Source: Elusimicrobiota bacterium
GTDB lineage: Bacteria > Elusimicrobiota > Elusimicrobia > UBA1565 > UBA9628
Assembly: GCA_030696455.1 (NCBI GenBank)
Contig: JAUYSH010000023.1
Span: 3,492 to 67,491, forward strand
DNA: 64,000 nucleotides
Direction of reading: 5' to 3'
How positions within the stretch are numbered: position 1 is the stretch's first letter; every line of letters starts with the position of its first letter. The notes under the pieces are model-generated. The model did not search any database. It was not told where the DNA came from and saw only the letters and a program-made list of their open reading frames with translations. This document shows, one piece after another, positions 8,462 through 19,000 of this stretch. The position numbers and the translations under genes were made by a program.

Positions 8462-9463
8462 TTAACCGGCTCTTTGCGTGGCCTTGATCCAATGCGCCAG
8501 ACGCGCCATGCCGTCCTCGATTTTCACCCTCGGCAGCCAGCCGAGCTCGCGTTTGGCCGCCGAGATGTCGAACCAATGCGACGTGGTCAAGGTGTCCACC
8601 AGGAACTTGGTCAGCGGGGGCTCCGACCTCAGCCCCAGGGCGCGCCAGGTTCCCTCGCAGAGCGCGGCCGCCCCGAAGGCGACGCCCTTCGGCATGCGCT
8701 TCCTGACCGGCCCCAGCCCCGCCGCCGCCAGCATGCGCTCCATGAACTCCCAGATCGGGCGGGGATCGCCCCCGGACAGGAAGTAGGCCTTGCCGGAGAT
8801 CTCCGACAACGGCGAGAGCTGGATCGCGGCCAGCACGTGCGCCTCCACCGCGTCGTCGATGTAGATCGTGTCGACGAGCTTGTTGTCCTCGCCGATGCGG
8901 AACAGCCGCCCCGACTTCTGCCGGGCGATCACGCGCGGAAGTATGCTCCGGTCGCCGGGGCCCCAGATGAAGTGCGGGCGCAAGGACACGGTGGAGAGCC
9001 GGTCGTGATTGGCGGCGAGCGCCATCTGCTCCGACAGGGCCTTGGTCTGAGAGTAGAACGAGTCGTATCGCGCGGGATACGGCGCGGTCTCGTCGACGCC
9101 TTCGACGTCGCCGCCGTGGAACACGACGCTCGGAGAGCCCGTGAACACGAGCTTGCGAATTCCCTGCTCCTGGCACGCGCGCAGCACGTTCTTGGTCCCC
9201 TCCACGTTCACCGCGTGAAATTCCTCGTACGGGCCCCATAGGCCGACCTTCGCGGCGACGTGGAACACGACGTCGCGGTCGTCGCAGGCCGCCTTCAAGG
9301 CCTCGTAGTCGCCGACGTCGCCCTTGGCGCAGTCGATGCCGAGCGCCTCGAGGTCGGGGTAGGAGCCGCGGCCGTACACGCGGACCTCGTCGCCGCGCTC
9401 GCGCAGGCGGCGCGCCAGCGCGGCGCCCAGGAAGCCGCCTCCGCCGGTGACGAGCGCCCTCAC
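8462..9463 (-). CDS. oleD: OleD, NAD(P)H-dependent reductase (3-beta-HSD/epimerase family) of the olefin pathway
   Basis: 333 aa with Rossmann motif VTGGGGFLG. It is the fourth gene in canonical oleABCD order. GTG start overlaps the oleC stop (GTGA). Confidence 0.8.
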   Translation of the reverse strand: MRALVTGGGGFLGAALARRLRERGDEVRVYGRGSYPDLEALGIDCAKGDVGDYEALKAACDDRDVVFHVAAKVGLWGPYEEFHAVNVEGTKNVLRACQEQGIRKLVFTGSPSVVFHGGDVEGVDETAPYPARYDSFYSQTKALSEQMALAANHDRLSTVSLRPHFIWGPGDRSILPRVIARQKSGRLFRIGEDNKLVDTIYIDDAVEAHVLAAIQLSPLSEISGKAYFLSGGDPRPIWEFMERMLAAAGLGPVRKRMPKGVAFGAAALCEGTWRALGLRSEPPLTKFLVDTLTTSHWFDISAAKRELGWLPRVKIEDGMARLAHWIKATQRAG

Positions 9464-11067
9464 CCGAGCCGCCCCGCGGCCCAGACCGCCAGCGCCTCAC
9501 GGTTGATCTTGGCGTTATGGCGGGTATCGACGGGAAAAGACGGATGGAACAGGATGTCCTTGATGTCCTGGGTGAACGCCGGCCTTCCCGCGAGGCTCAA
9601 GATATCTTGCTTGAGGGCGTCGGTGGCCTGCGTTCCGGGCTCGAGCTCCACGCACAGCACGGGAATCAGGCCGACGCCGACGAGCGCCGTCCTCTTCACC
9701 TTCGGATGCGCGTTGAACACGCCCTCGACGCAGATCGTATAGTGCTCCCCCCGTTCCGTTCTCACGCGGTGCGCCTTGCGCCCGCAGAACCAGAGCCGCC
9801 CCTGCTCGTCATAGTAGCCGAGATCGCCCATGCGGTGCCAAAAGCCCCTCCCGTCGCCGATCTTGGCCTTGGCCATGTCGTCCACGCGCCGGAAGTACTC
9901 CCCGGTCACGACCGGGCCCTTCACCGCGATCTCCCCGACCGTGCCTTGCGGCACGCGCAGGTCGTCCGACCACGTCTTGATCGGTCCGTCCGACACGCGG
10001 ATCACGGCCGCCTCGATGCCCTTCACGGGACGGCCCACGCACACCCCCTCGCCTCGCAACGTCCTGGCCGCGGTTTCCCCCAGGATCTCGAACGAGGATG
10101 TCAGCGCGACGGGCAGGGCCTCGGTGGCGCCGTAGGGGGTGTAGATGGGCACGTTCTGGTTCAGCATCTTGGAGAACAAGGCCAAGGTCCTGGCCGGCAC
10201 CGGAGCGCCGGCGGACATCACGCGCTTGAGAGAGGGCAAAGCGATCCCGTGCTGGGCGCCGAAGCGGCCCACGCGGTCGAGCAAGGCGGGCGAGCCGAAC
10301 AGCTGGTGGATCCGGTATTTTTGCGTCGGCACGATGATCGCCATCGGATCCACCATGCCGGGCCGCGTGAAGTCCATGTCCGGGATCACCACCGTCTGGC
10401 CCAGCGCGGCGTCGAACAGGCCGAACAGCGGGAAGGTCGCCAAGGACAGCTCCCCCTCCTTTATGTCGAACAGCTCGCGGAGCTGGTCCACCTGGGCGGA
10501 GAACATCGAGTGCTCATACACCGCCCCCTTCGGGGCCCCGGTGCTGCCCGAGGTGAAGAGGATGGCGGCGCGCCCGTCGGCGGGCACCGGCGGGAGTTCG
10601 AGCGCGCGCCCCCGGCCGAGTTCGCGCATCGTCTCGAGCGTGGCCAATCCCAGGGACGGCCCCCCGGCGACGATCTTGAGGTTCGCCGACGGCGCCCAGC
10701 CGCCCAGCGTCCGCGCCAGATGCGCCTTGGCCGAGCCCACGAACGCGACCGGCTCCGACTCCGAGAGGCAGCGGCCCATGTTGGAGAAGCCGATGCCGGG
10801 GTCCACGAGCACCGGGGTCACGCCGGCGCGGAACAAGGCGAAGGCCGCGGCGAAGAAGTCCCGCGACGGAGGTATGAGGACGGCGACGCGGTCGTTCTTC
10901 TTGAGGCCCGCGCGCAGGAAGCCGTGGGCCAGGAGCTCGACGTCGCGGCCCAGCTCCTCGAACGTCGTGATCTTGTCGTGATGGATCAGCGCGGGCTGGG
11001 CGCCCAGGCGGCGCGCGTTGTCGAGGACGCGAGAGCCGAGGTCCGTCGCGAGCGCCGTCTCGCTCAT
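9460..11067 (-). CDS. oleC: OleC, AMP-dependent synthetase (beta-lactone synthetase)
   Basis: Start trimmed to ATG 11067 (MSETALATD...), because the 161-aa N-terminal extension in the ORF track is Arg/Gly-rich and overlaps oleB. AMP-binding motif FTSGSTGAPKG. ATGA overlap with the oleB stop. Confidence 0.85.
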   Translation of the reverse strand: MSETALATDLGSRVLDNARRLGAQPALIHHDKITTFEELGRDVELLAHGFLRAGLKKNDRVAVLIPPSRDFFAAAFALFRAGVTPVLVDPGIGFSNMGRCLSESEPVAFVGSAKAHLARTLGGWAPSANLKIVAGGPSLGLATLETMRELGRGRALELPPVPADGRAAILFTSGSTGAPKGAVYEHSMFSAQVDQLRELFDIKEGELSLATFPLFGLFDAALGQTVVIPDMDFTRPGMVDPMAIIVPTQKYRIHQLFGSPALLDRVGRFGAQHGIALPSLKRVMSAGAPVPARTLALFSKMLNQNVPIYTPYGATEALPVALTSSFEILGETAARTLRGEGVCVGRPVKGIEAAVIRVSDGPIKTWSDDLRVPQGTVGEIAVKGPVVTGEYFRRVDDMAKAKIGDGRGFWHRMGDLGYYDEQGRLWFCGRKAHRVRTERGEHYTICVEGVFNAHPKVKRTALVGVGLIPVLCVELEPGTQATDALKQDILSLAGRPAFTQDIKDILFHPSFPVDTRHNAKINREALAVWAAGRLG

Positions 11068-11951
11068 GCGGGAACGGGCCGCGCGACGAATTCCTTGATC
11101 AGGGCGACGACCTCCGCGCCCGCGTCCTCGAGCAGGAAGTGGCCGCAGTCCGGGAAGCGCTTCACCGTCGCCCTGGGAAAGCGCTTGAGCCAGCCGTTGA
11201 GGAAGGCCTCGTCGAACACCCAGTCCTTGAGCCCCCAGGGCAGAAGCATGGGAACGTCCTGGAGCGTCCCGAGCTTGCTCTCGGTGTCGACGACCGTGTC
11301 CCAGGCCGGGTCCCCCGGCTGAAGCGGGATGTCCTGCACGAAGCGGTGCACCGCGCGGCTGGCGCTCCAGCCGTCGTAGGGCTCCAGGTAGCCGGCCCTC
11401 TCCTCGGGCGACAGGGTCTTCTTCGCGGTGCAGGTGCGCAGCACGACCCCGCGCGCGAAGCCCAGCGCGCGCAGCGGTATGCCGGTCAGGGCTCCCCGCA
11501 TGATCTCCAGGCCCTTGGGGAACTTCTTCTCTTCTGGAAGACGAAAACACGAAGTGTTAAGCGCCACGATGGCCTTGATCCGCTCGGGATGGCGCACGGC
11601 CCAGGACATGCCGATCATGCCGCCCCAGTCGTGCACGATCAAGGTGACGGGGCCCGTGGGGGCCACGCGCTCCATCAAGGCGTCGAGGTCGTCGACGCGG
11701 TTCTTGAGCGTGTACGCGTAGCGCTTGTCCGGCGGGCGGTCGGAGAGGCCCATGCCGATGTGGTCGGGGACGATGCAGCGGAAATCGGGCGAGAGCGCTT
11801 TGACGACCTCGCGGAAATAAAAAGAACAGGTCGGGTTGCCGTGGACCATCAGGACGGTCTCGCCCTTGCCCTCGTCGAGGTAATGCATGGCGACGCCGCC
11901 GAGGTCGATGCGGCGGCCCTTGAAAGGGTAAAGCGCCTTCCAGGAGTCCAT
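11064..11951 (-). CDS. oleB: OleB, alpha/beta-hydrolase (haloalkane-dehalogenase-like; beta-lactone decarboxylase)
   Basis: HGNPTCSFYF and the nucleophile elbow VHDWGG. A start at ATG 11951 (MDSWK) gives a TGATG overlap with the oleA stop. Confidence 0.85.
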   Translation of the reverse strand: MDSWKALYPFKGRRIDLGGVAMHYLDEGKGETVLMVHGNPTCSFYFREVVKALSPDFRCIVPDHIGMGLSDRPPDKRYAYTLKNRVDDLDALMERVAPTGPVTLIVHDWGGMIGMSWAVRHPERIKAIVALNTSCFRLPEEKKFPKGLEIMRGALTGIPLRALGFARGVVLRTCTAKKTLSPEERAGYLEPYDGWSASRAVHRFVQDIPLQPGDPAWDTVVDTESKLGTLQDVPMLLPWGLKDWVFDEAFLNGWLKRFPRATVKRFPDCGHFLLEDAGAEVVALIKEFVARPVPA

Positions 11952-12964
11952 CACCACTCCAGCCCCAGCATCATGCAATTGAGCCCCGAGCCGATGCCGA
12001 TGAAGCCCACACGGTCGCCCTTGTTGAGAAAGCCGCGCTCGTCGGCCAAGGCGGCGGTGAGCGGCAGGCTCACCGTGCCGATGTTGCCCAGGAACTCGTA
12101 GGTCGGGAAGTCCTTTTCCGCGCCGACGCCGCAGGCGTTGAGCAGAGCGGTCGTCTGGGGGCCGCCGACCTGGTGGGTGATGGTCTTATCCATGTCCGCG
12201 CTGCTCCAGTTCATTTTCTTGGAGAAGCTGAGCCAGGTGAGCTTGGCCAGCTCCATGCCGTTCTTGAGCACGGCGGGCGCGTCGGTCCTCATGAAGTCGC
12301 GGTCCCACTGGCACAGGTCCCAGTGCTGGGGCGCGGCCTGCACGGTGCCGCCAAGCAGCTTCGGGCCCGTCTTGCCGAAGCTTCCGTCGGTCAGGACCAC
12401 GCCGACGGCGCCGGAGCCGCCGGTCAAGGTCGCGATCGAGAGCTTGAAGTGCTCCATGGTCGGGTTCTTGAGCATGGAGGCGATCATCGCCTCGTTGATC
12501 TCGCGGGCCGACTCGCAGGAGACGACGAGGCCGGCCTTGATGTGCCCGAGCTCGATGCGATTGGCGATATCCACCATCGCCGACAAAACACCGAGGCAGG
12601 CGTTCGAGATATCGAAGACGGCGCAATCCTTGCTCACGCCCAGCTTCGAGGCGACGGCGCAGGCGGTCGCGGGCTCGGAGGATTCCTTGCAGACGCCGGC
12701 GTAGACGACGACGCCGAGGTCCGAGGGCTTCACGCCCGCCTTGGCGAGCGCCTTGCGGCCGGCGGAGGCGGCGCCGTCGGAGAGCTTGAAGCCCGCGTCC
12801 CACCAGCGGCGTTCCTTGATGCCTGTTAAGGCTTCGATCTGTCCCACCTGAAACCGGAGCGCGTCGTAGACGGGCTGGATGCGCTTCTCGAGCTCGGAGG
12901 AGGTGACCACGTTGGGGGCGAGTTCGTAAGCCAGACCGTCGAGGGTGACCTTGGTGTATTTCAT
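11951..12964 (-). CDS. oleA: OleA, thiolase-fold (KAS III-like) head-to-head condensing enzyme
   Basis: 337 aa. It is colinear by eye with Xanthomonas OleA as I remember it (GLAYELAP..TSSELE..QP.YD, SEPATA, active-site DISNACLG). It is the first gene of the oleABCD order. Confidence 0.85.
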   Translation of the reverse strand: MKYTKVTLDGLAYELAPNVVTSSELEKRIQPVYDALRFQVGQIEALTGIKERRWWDAGFKLSDGAASAGRKALAKAGVKPSDLGVVVYAGVCKESSEPATACAVASKLGVSKDCAVFDISNACLGVLSAMVDIANRIELGHIKAGLVVSCESAREINEAMIASMLKNPTMEHFKLSIATLTGGSGAVGVVLTDGSFGKTGPKLLGGTVQAAPQHWDLCQWDRDFMRTDAPAVLKNGMELAKLTWLSFSKKMNWSSADMDKTITHQVGGPQTTALLNACGVGAEKDFPTYEFLGNIGTVSLPLTAALADERGFLNKGDRVGFIGIGSGLNCMMLGLEW

Positions 12965-13004
12965 GTTGGTTCGAACTTATTCACCGTATCCGCGGATAGA
13001 CGAC

Positions 13005-13028
13005 AAAACTGTTGTCAACAACAGTTTT
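13005..13028. promoter_or_regulatory. AT-rich perfect inverted repeat (aaaactgttg-tcaa-caacagtttt) overlapping the pfaC stop codon
   Basis: 10-bp arms with a 4-nt spacer, read directly. On the minus strand the loop and arm spell TTGACA. A second 12-nt perfect palindrome, tatccgcggata, lies at 12987-12998. Both sit in the 62-nt pfaC-oleA gap. Confidence 0.5.
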
Positions 13029-16000
13029 ACGATCTCAGCTTCAAAGTAAAATCGCGCATTTCGTAAACGACGAGCCCGTCGCGCAAAAGGTAGCCGTCCG
13101 CCGTGAGGGTCTTCGAGGACTCATCGACGGCGGTGATCCAGCATTGGACCTCGACGGCCTTGTTCACGGGCGTGTACTGGCCGCGGTACAGCCACTTGTG
13201 GGTGCGGCCGAGGACCATGGACTCGAAGCGGCCGGCGCCGGGCCAGCGGTCGCGGGCGTGGCACTTCATCAACTCGATGAACGATTCCAGGCCGAGGGAG
13301 CCGGGGCAAACCGGGTCTTGGTAGAAATGGGCGCTGAAGAACCACTCGCTGGGATTGACGGCGCGGCGGCCGATGAGCGCGCCGAGGCCCTTTGGACCGG
13401 CATTATCATACTGCTCGACGGAATCAAGCAGCAGGAGCATAGGACCGGGCAACGCTGGAGTCCCTCCCTTCAGGGAGAGGGTCCTCGGCGTGGTCGAAGG
13501 AATGAACTGCTTCGCGCCGCGCAGACCGACCTGCTGAGAGAGCGACTCCTTGGTGAAGAACCCGAACTCGGTCTTGCCCTGATAGACGAGGCGACCCTGG
13601 GCATCGGTCATGGTCATGTCGTAGTTCTGGATGATCATCCCGCCGGACTGGGACACCTTGGTCATCACGACGCTCGTGACGAGGGTTCCGGTCTCGGGCG
13701 TGACCTCGACATGCTGTATGGCGTCGCCTCCCAGATTTCTAAACGACAAATCAACGGGGCTTGTTAATGCGGAGCCGCAGTAGGCGGCGAGCCAGCCGCA
13801 GGGCTGCAAAGCGACCTCGAGCAAGATCGCGAACGGCATGGTCGCCTGGCCGTTCTCGCGGAAGTACCAGGCATCCTTGGGGATCGCGTACTCGGCGATG
13901 GCGGAGGCGCCCGCCTTGAGGACGAACGGCTCGCCCTTCAGGCCGACGATGCGGTCGAGGAATTGATAAGGCGGGCCCGGCAAACGGGCCAGGATACGGT
14001 CCTTATCGAAGATCTTGTAGGGCGCGCCGAAGGCCTCGGACGGGTTGCCGTTCGAGTAGGCCATGATCTTGTCGGAGTCGTAGTAGACCGTCTTCTCATT
14101 CTTGAGCCACAGGGACTCGATGGCGGACCGATTCGTGCCGGAGAGACGGACCGACATGTCGGTGATCTGGACGATATTCTTATCATCCGAATACATAAAC
14201 GCGTCCGCGACGCAGAACGGAGTCCCATCGGCCTCGTAACCCAGCTCCTTGATGTGAAGCTCGTAGCGGGCCTTCTTGGTCGAGGCGAGGACCTGGCCGC
14301 GGCACTTGAGCTGGGAGGCGACGCCGGGGACGGGCTCGTGCCAGACCTTGCCCTTCTCCCCCACCCAGCCCATGCGCATCAATTGGACGCGGAGCGTGTG
14401 CAAGCAGCATTCGTACATCAAGGTGCCGGGCATCACGTTGTCGTCCTTGAAGTGACAGACGAGGTGCCAATCGTCGGGATGTATGTCCATTTCGCCGACG
14501 GCGCGGCCGAGGCCGTAGCGGCCGCCCTTGGGATCCAGCTCGAGGATCCGGTCGACGAGCTTCATGCGGCCGCCGGGCAAGGTATCCGGAACGAAAGGCA
14601 GGGACGCGAATGCCGGACCAAATGCCGTCTTCAAATCTCCGGCGCGTAGGGACTCGAATTGACCTTCGGTCAACGACACCTTATCAGTGAACGGCACGAG
14701 GGGCTTCCAATCAGACGGAACCTTACCCGGGACCGGCATTTTTTCGGCGTCGGTCAGAACGATCCCCTTGCCTTTCGCGAGTTCGGCGTTCGTGAAGAAG
14801 CCGGCGCAGCCTTTGCGCATGGTGAGCAGGGGCTTCCCATCGACCGTTGAATCGTACCGGAAGAAGAAAAGCCAGATGTCGTCGTGCTGGCCGAAGCCGT
14901 CGATGCTGATGTCGTACCTGATCACCTGGCCGGGCTTCGGCAAATGATCGTGGAAGGTGACGATGGCGTCGAGAAGGCGGTAAACCGCGTTGCCTTTCGT
15001 CTTGGAGTCGATGCCAAGGTAGCCGGAAAGGAAAAGGTCGGCCTGGCCGGCTTCGACGGCGATGCAGGTGGGGATGCGGCCGGAGTCCAAATACCAGCCA
15101 TTATGAAGCACGTCATGCTCGGTGATGCAGGAGCCGGGCTTCATGGAGTTCGGGGTGCCCGTCACGGAGAGGATGCGGTCGCACAGCATCAGGGGCTCCT
15201 CGGGGAGCCTGACTCGCGTGGGGTAGGAGTCCACGTGGGCGAAGGCTTCGCCGAGGACGGCGCCGATCTTGCCGGAGGCGTATTCGAGGCACGCCTTGCG
15301 GTCCATGAAGACGGATTTTTTCAACGGCAACGGATCGGGCGCGGATGCGGGGGCCGGAATAACGGATTGTCCCGAAGCGATGCGGATCTGCTGGCTGAGG
15401 TTGTGGGTCTGGAGCTTGGCGAAGTTCTCCGCGATTTTGAGGTACACCTGGTGGGCCTGCGCCGTCAGCGCGGCCGCGTTGGACAGGCTTCCGGCCGCGG
15501 ACGGCGCCGCCTGCGGGGAAACGACTGTTTCCGGAAACAGTTGGCGGGACGGAGATGGCTGGAACTCGTCGCCGGGAAGGCGGGGCTCGGGGATGCGCCG
15601 GGACGGAGCTAAGACCGGCACGGGCTCGTGACGAGGAGCGGGGGCTGGACTTGCCGCCTTCGGCGGCGACGGAGGAGACCAGGACACTTTGGCGGGACGG
15701 GCGCCTAAGGGTAAGCGGACGTATTGCGCCGGCTGCGCCGGCGCGCTTTGGTGACCGGCGCAGAAGGAACGAGCGCCGTAGAGCTGCTTCAAATCGACGG
15801 GGACGCGTTCGGCGATCAGGAAGGCCAACGTTTTAAGAATGCCCGACACATCGTCGAGCCCTCGACTGTCGACCGGCCTTGCGTTGTGGGTGAGCGGGCC
15901 TAGAATCTTACCGATCATTCTCGTGCACGAGCCCTGGGGACCTAATTCGATGAACGTGCGCACGCCGTCTTCATAGGCCGTTTTGATCAATGCCGAAAAA

Positions 16001-19000
16001 TTGACCGACCGGATGGCTTGGGTCGTGATGCTATCGGCGGCGGACTCGCGCGTGACCTCGTACGCCTTTCCAAAAGCACCGGAGTAGTACCGGATCCCCT
16101 TAGGGGCGCGGGTCGGGAAAAGATGGAGATCACGGTACTGCTTCTCCACCAATTTAGCGGCCGGGAAGTGCACCGTCGAGACGCCCTGCAACGGCAGGAA
16201 CACGCAGCCCAATCCTTCCACTAATTTCTCGACCGCCGAGCGATATCCCCCCACCACGCACTCGACGGGAGCGTTCACGATCAAGAGGGCCGCGCGCTCC
16301 GCGCCCTTGAGCGCCATGTTGACCGCGTCGGCGGGGCGGTCGACCACGCCGAGCACCCAGTCCACTTTTTCATTCGCGGGCAGGCGCCAGAACTGGCGGG
16401 CGGCGTCGCAGGGGCCGGCGAGCTCGGAGGTGAAGAGCGAGGATTGCTTCATGCGCCGGAGCATCTCGTCGCGGGCGGTCCAGGCGCGCGTGGCGAACAG
16501 GCCGGCGGTCTCGCCCAGGCTGTAGCCGACGACGGCGGAGGGGTTCACGCCCAGGGAGCGCATGAGATCGCTCGTCACGGTGCCGTGGGCGACCGAGGCG
16601 AAGATCAGGGCGTGGTAGTCGGCGTTGAGCTCGCTGTCGGCCTTGGCCTCCCAGCCCGGCTCGAAGGCGAGTCGCCAGGGGGCCACGCGCGCGGGCGTCA
16701 TCTGGTCGCGCAGGTGGCCGTTCTCCGCGTCCTGGCGGCGCAGGACCTCGGGCCACTGCGCGCCGAGGGCGGCGGTCATGCCCAGGTACTGGTTGCCCGA
16801 GCCGGGGAAGACGAAGGCCAGGTCCCCACCCAGCGGCGGGCGCGTGGTGAGGAAGGCGCGGTCGGAGGGCAGCGGGCGCTCGGGGTTGTCGCGCACCGAC
16901 TCGACGGCCATGCGCGCGACGGTGAGCAGCTCCTTCCAGTCGCGCGCGACGATGGCGCAGGCGTGGGAGGCTTCGGGCGAGGAGCCGCGCTTGAGCCACC
17001 AGCGGCGGGCGAGGGCCTCGATGCCGTCGCCGGGGTCCTGGGCGGCGGCCCAGTCGATCAGGGCGTTCAGGTCGGCCAGCAGGAAGACGGGGTCGGCGGC
17101 CTCGACGGCGAACAGGGCCTCGAGGCGCGAGCCGAGAGGCTGTCGGCGCTCGTCCTCGACGAGCGGGTCCGAGGTCTCGCGCTCGAGCTGTTCGAGCACG
17201 ACGTGGACGCAGCCGCCGTCGACGCCGAGGGAGGTGACGCCGGCGCGGCGCGGGCCGTCGGCGCGGTTTCGCAGCCAGAAGGAGGCGCGGCGCGGCGAGT
17301 GGAAGCGCTTGGACGCCGTCGACAGGGGCGAGATCGGGTTGACGATCGTCGGCCCGGCCGGGAGGATTTCCTGATAGAGGGATAAGGCGGCCTTGACCAG
17401 GCCCGCCAGGCCCGCGGCCGCGCCGGCATGGCCGATCACGGATTTCGAGGAGGACAAGGCGAGGGGCAGGTCGGCCGCGGCCGTGCCGAAGAACTCGACG
17501 GCCGCGGCGGCCTCGCAGCGATCCTCCTTGGCGTCGCCGGAGCCGTGGCACTCCAAAAGACCGATGGTGCTCGGGTCCACCTTCGCGTCGTCGTAAGCGC
17601 GGCGAAGAGCCTCGACGCAAGCCTCCGGCGTGGGGACGACCGAGTCGGCTCCTCCGCCGGAGGCGGCTCCAAGGCCCTTGATCACCGCGTAAATCCGGTC
17701 GCCGTCGCGCAGGGCGTCGTCGAGGCGCTTGAGCACGACCGTGGCGGCGCCCTCGCCGGGGGTCGAGCCGTCGGCGGAGGCGTCGAACGGGCGCGGGCGG
17801 CCGCCGGCCGAGAAGGGCTTGAGCGCGTGCGACCCGGCCAGCGCGCGGGCCTCGCCCGCGACGTCGGCGGCGCCGGCGACGGCGGCGTCCACCTCGCCGC
17901 GCTGAAGGGCGCGGACGGCCGCCTCGAGCGCCTTGAGGCCGGAGTTCTCCTCGGCGGAGACGGTGAAGCTCGGGCCGCCGAGGCGGAACTCGCGCGCGAC
18001 GCGGCTGGCGGCGACGCTCGCCAGGCCGCCCATCACGCGGTTCGCGGTGAGGGCGGGGCCGCAGGCGTCCCGCAGGGAGGAAAGCCAGGAGTACCGCTCC
18101 GCGGACGACAACGACCAGGCCTTTGCCTTGGCCCAGGCGTCAGCCGAATTTTCAAGGGACCAACGCAGATCGTAATGCGTGATCGCCATATCAAAAGCGA
18201 CGCCGAGGAAGACCCCGACTCTATCACGTCCTTCTTCCGATAATTTCGAGTCGGCAATCGCCGCCGCGGCGCTCTGCAGCGCCAGGAGTTGCTGCGGCAG
18301 CATCTCCTCCATTTCTTTAGGAGGGATCCGAAAGGAGGCGGCATCCGAGCCGGCCTCGGGCAGAAATCGGCCTTTGAAGCCGGCCGGGGCGTCGATGCCC
18401 TGCCAACGGTCCTCGGCGTACGAGGACTCCGGCTCGATGCCGCCGAGGACCGCTTCCTGATATGAGCGGAGATCGGGCAACGAGCCGAATCGAGCGTCCA
18501 TGCCGACGATGGCGACGGGGACGGACGACGGACTTGCGCGGCGAACGGATGGAGTACTCTTTGCGGGCGCCTTACGACGCTCCGGAGCCTCTTCCACAAG
18601 CAAATGAGCATTGATGCCGCCGAAGCCGAAGGCTGATAGCGCGGCTCGCCGCGGCGTCTTTGCATCGCGCCTCGACCATGGCGATGCTTCCGATTGAACA
18701 CGAAAGGGACTCTCCGAAAGACCGGCATTCGGATTAGGAGTGGAGTAGTTCGCGTTAGGAGGAAGGATCTCGTTTTCGAAACCCAACAACACTTTCATTA
18801 AGCCCGCGGAACCCGCCGCCGTGAGAAGATGACCGATGTTGGACTTGACCGATCCCAAGGCGCACTGACCCTTGGTCCAGCCCCTTTCTCCCCATAATGC
18901 TTTCAAGCTCGCCACCTCGATCGGATCGCCGGTCGGCGTTCCCGTCGCGTGGCACTCGATGAAGTCGATCTGAGACGGCGAAAGTCCGGATTCGAGATAG

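Noticed and set aside
11068-11550. N-terminal 161-aa extension of the oleC ORF. Similar extensions occur at 43484-44083 (ALDH), 47426-48661 (MBL), 53141-53890 (gap), 39919-41538 (rsmD), 39369-39731 (nuclease) and 60280-60503
   Set aside because: The extensions are Arg/Gly/Pro-rich and overlap the well-supported upstream gene in another frame. Family-typical N-termini begin at internal ATGs that create canonical 1-4-nt overlaps or have a Shine-Dalgarno.
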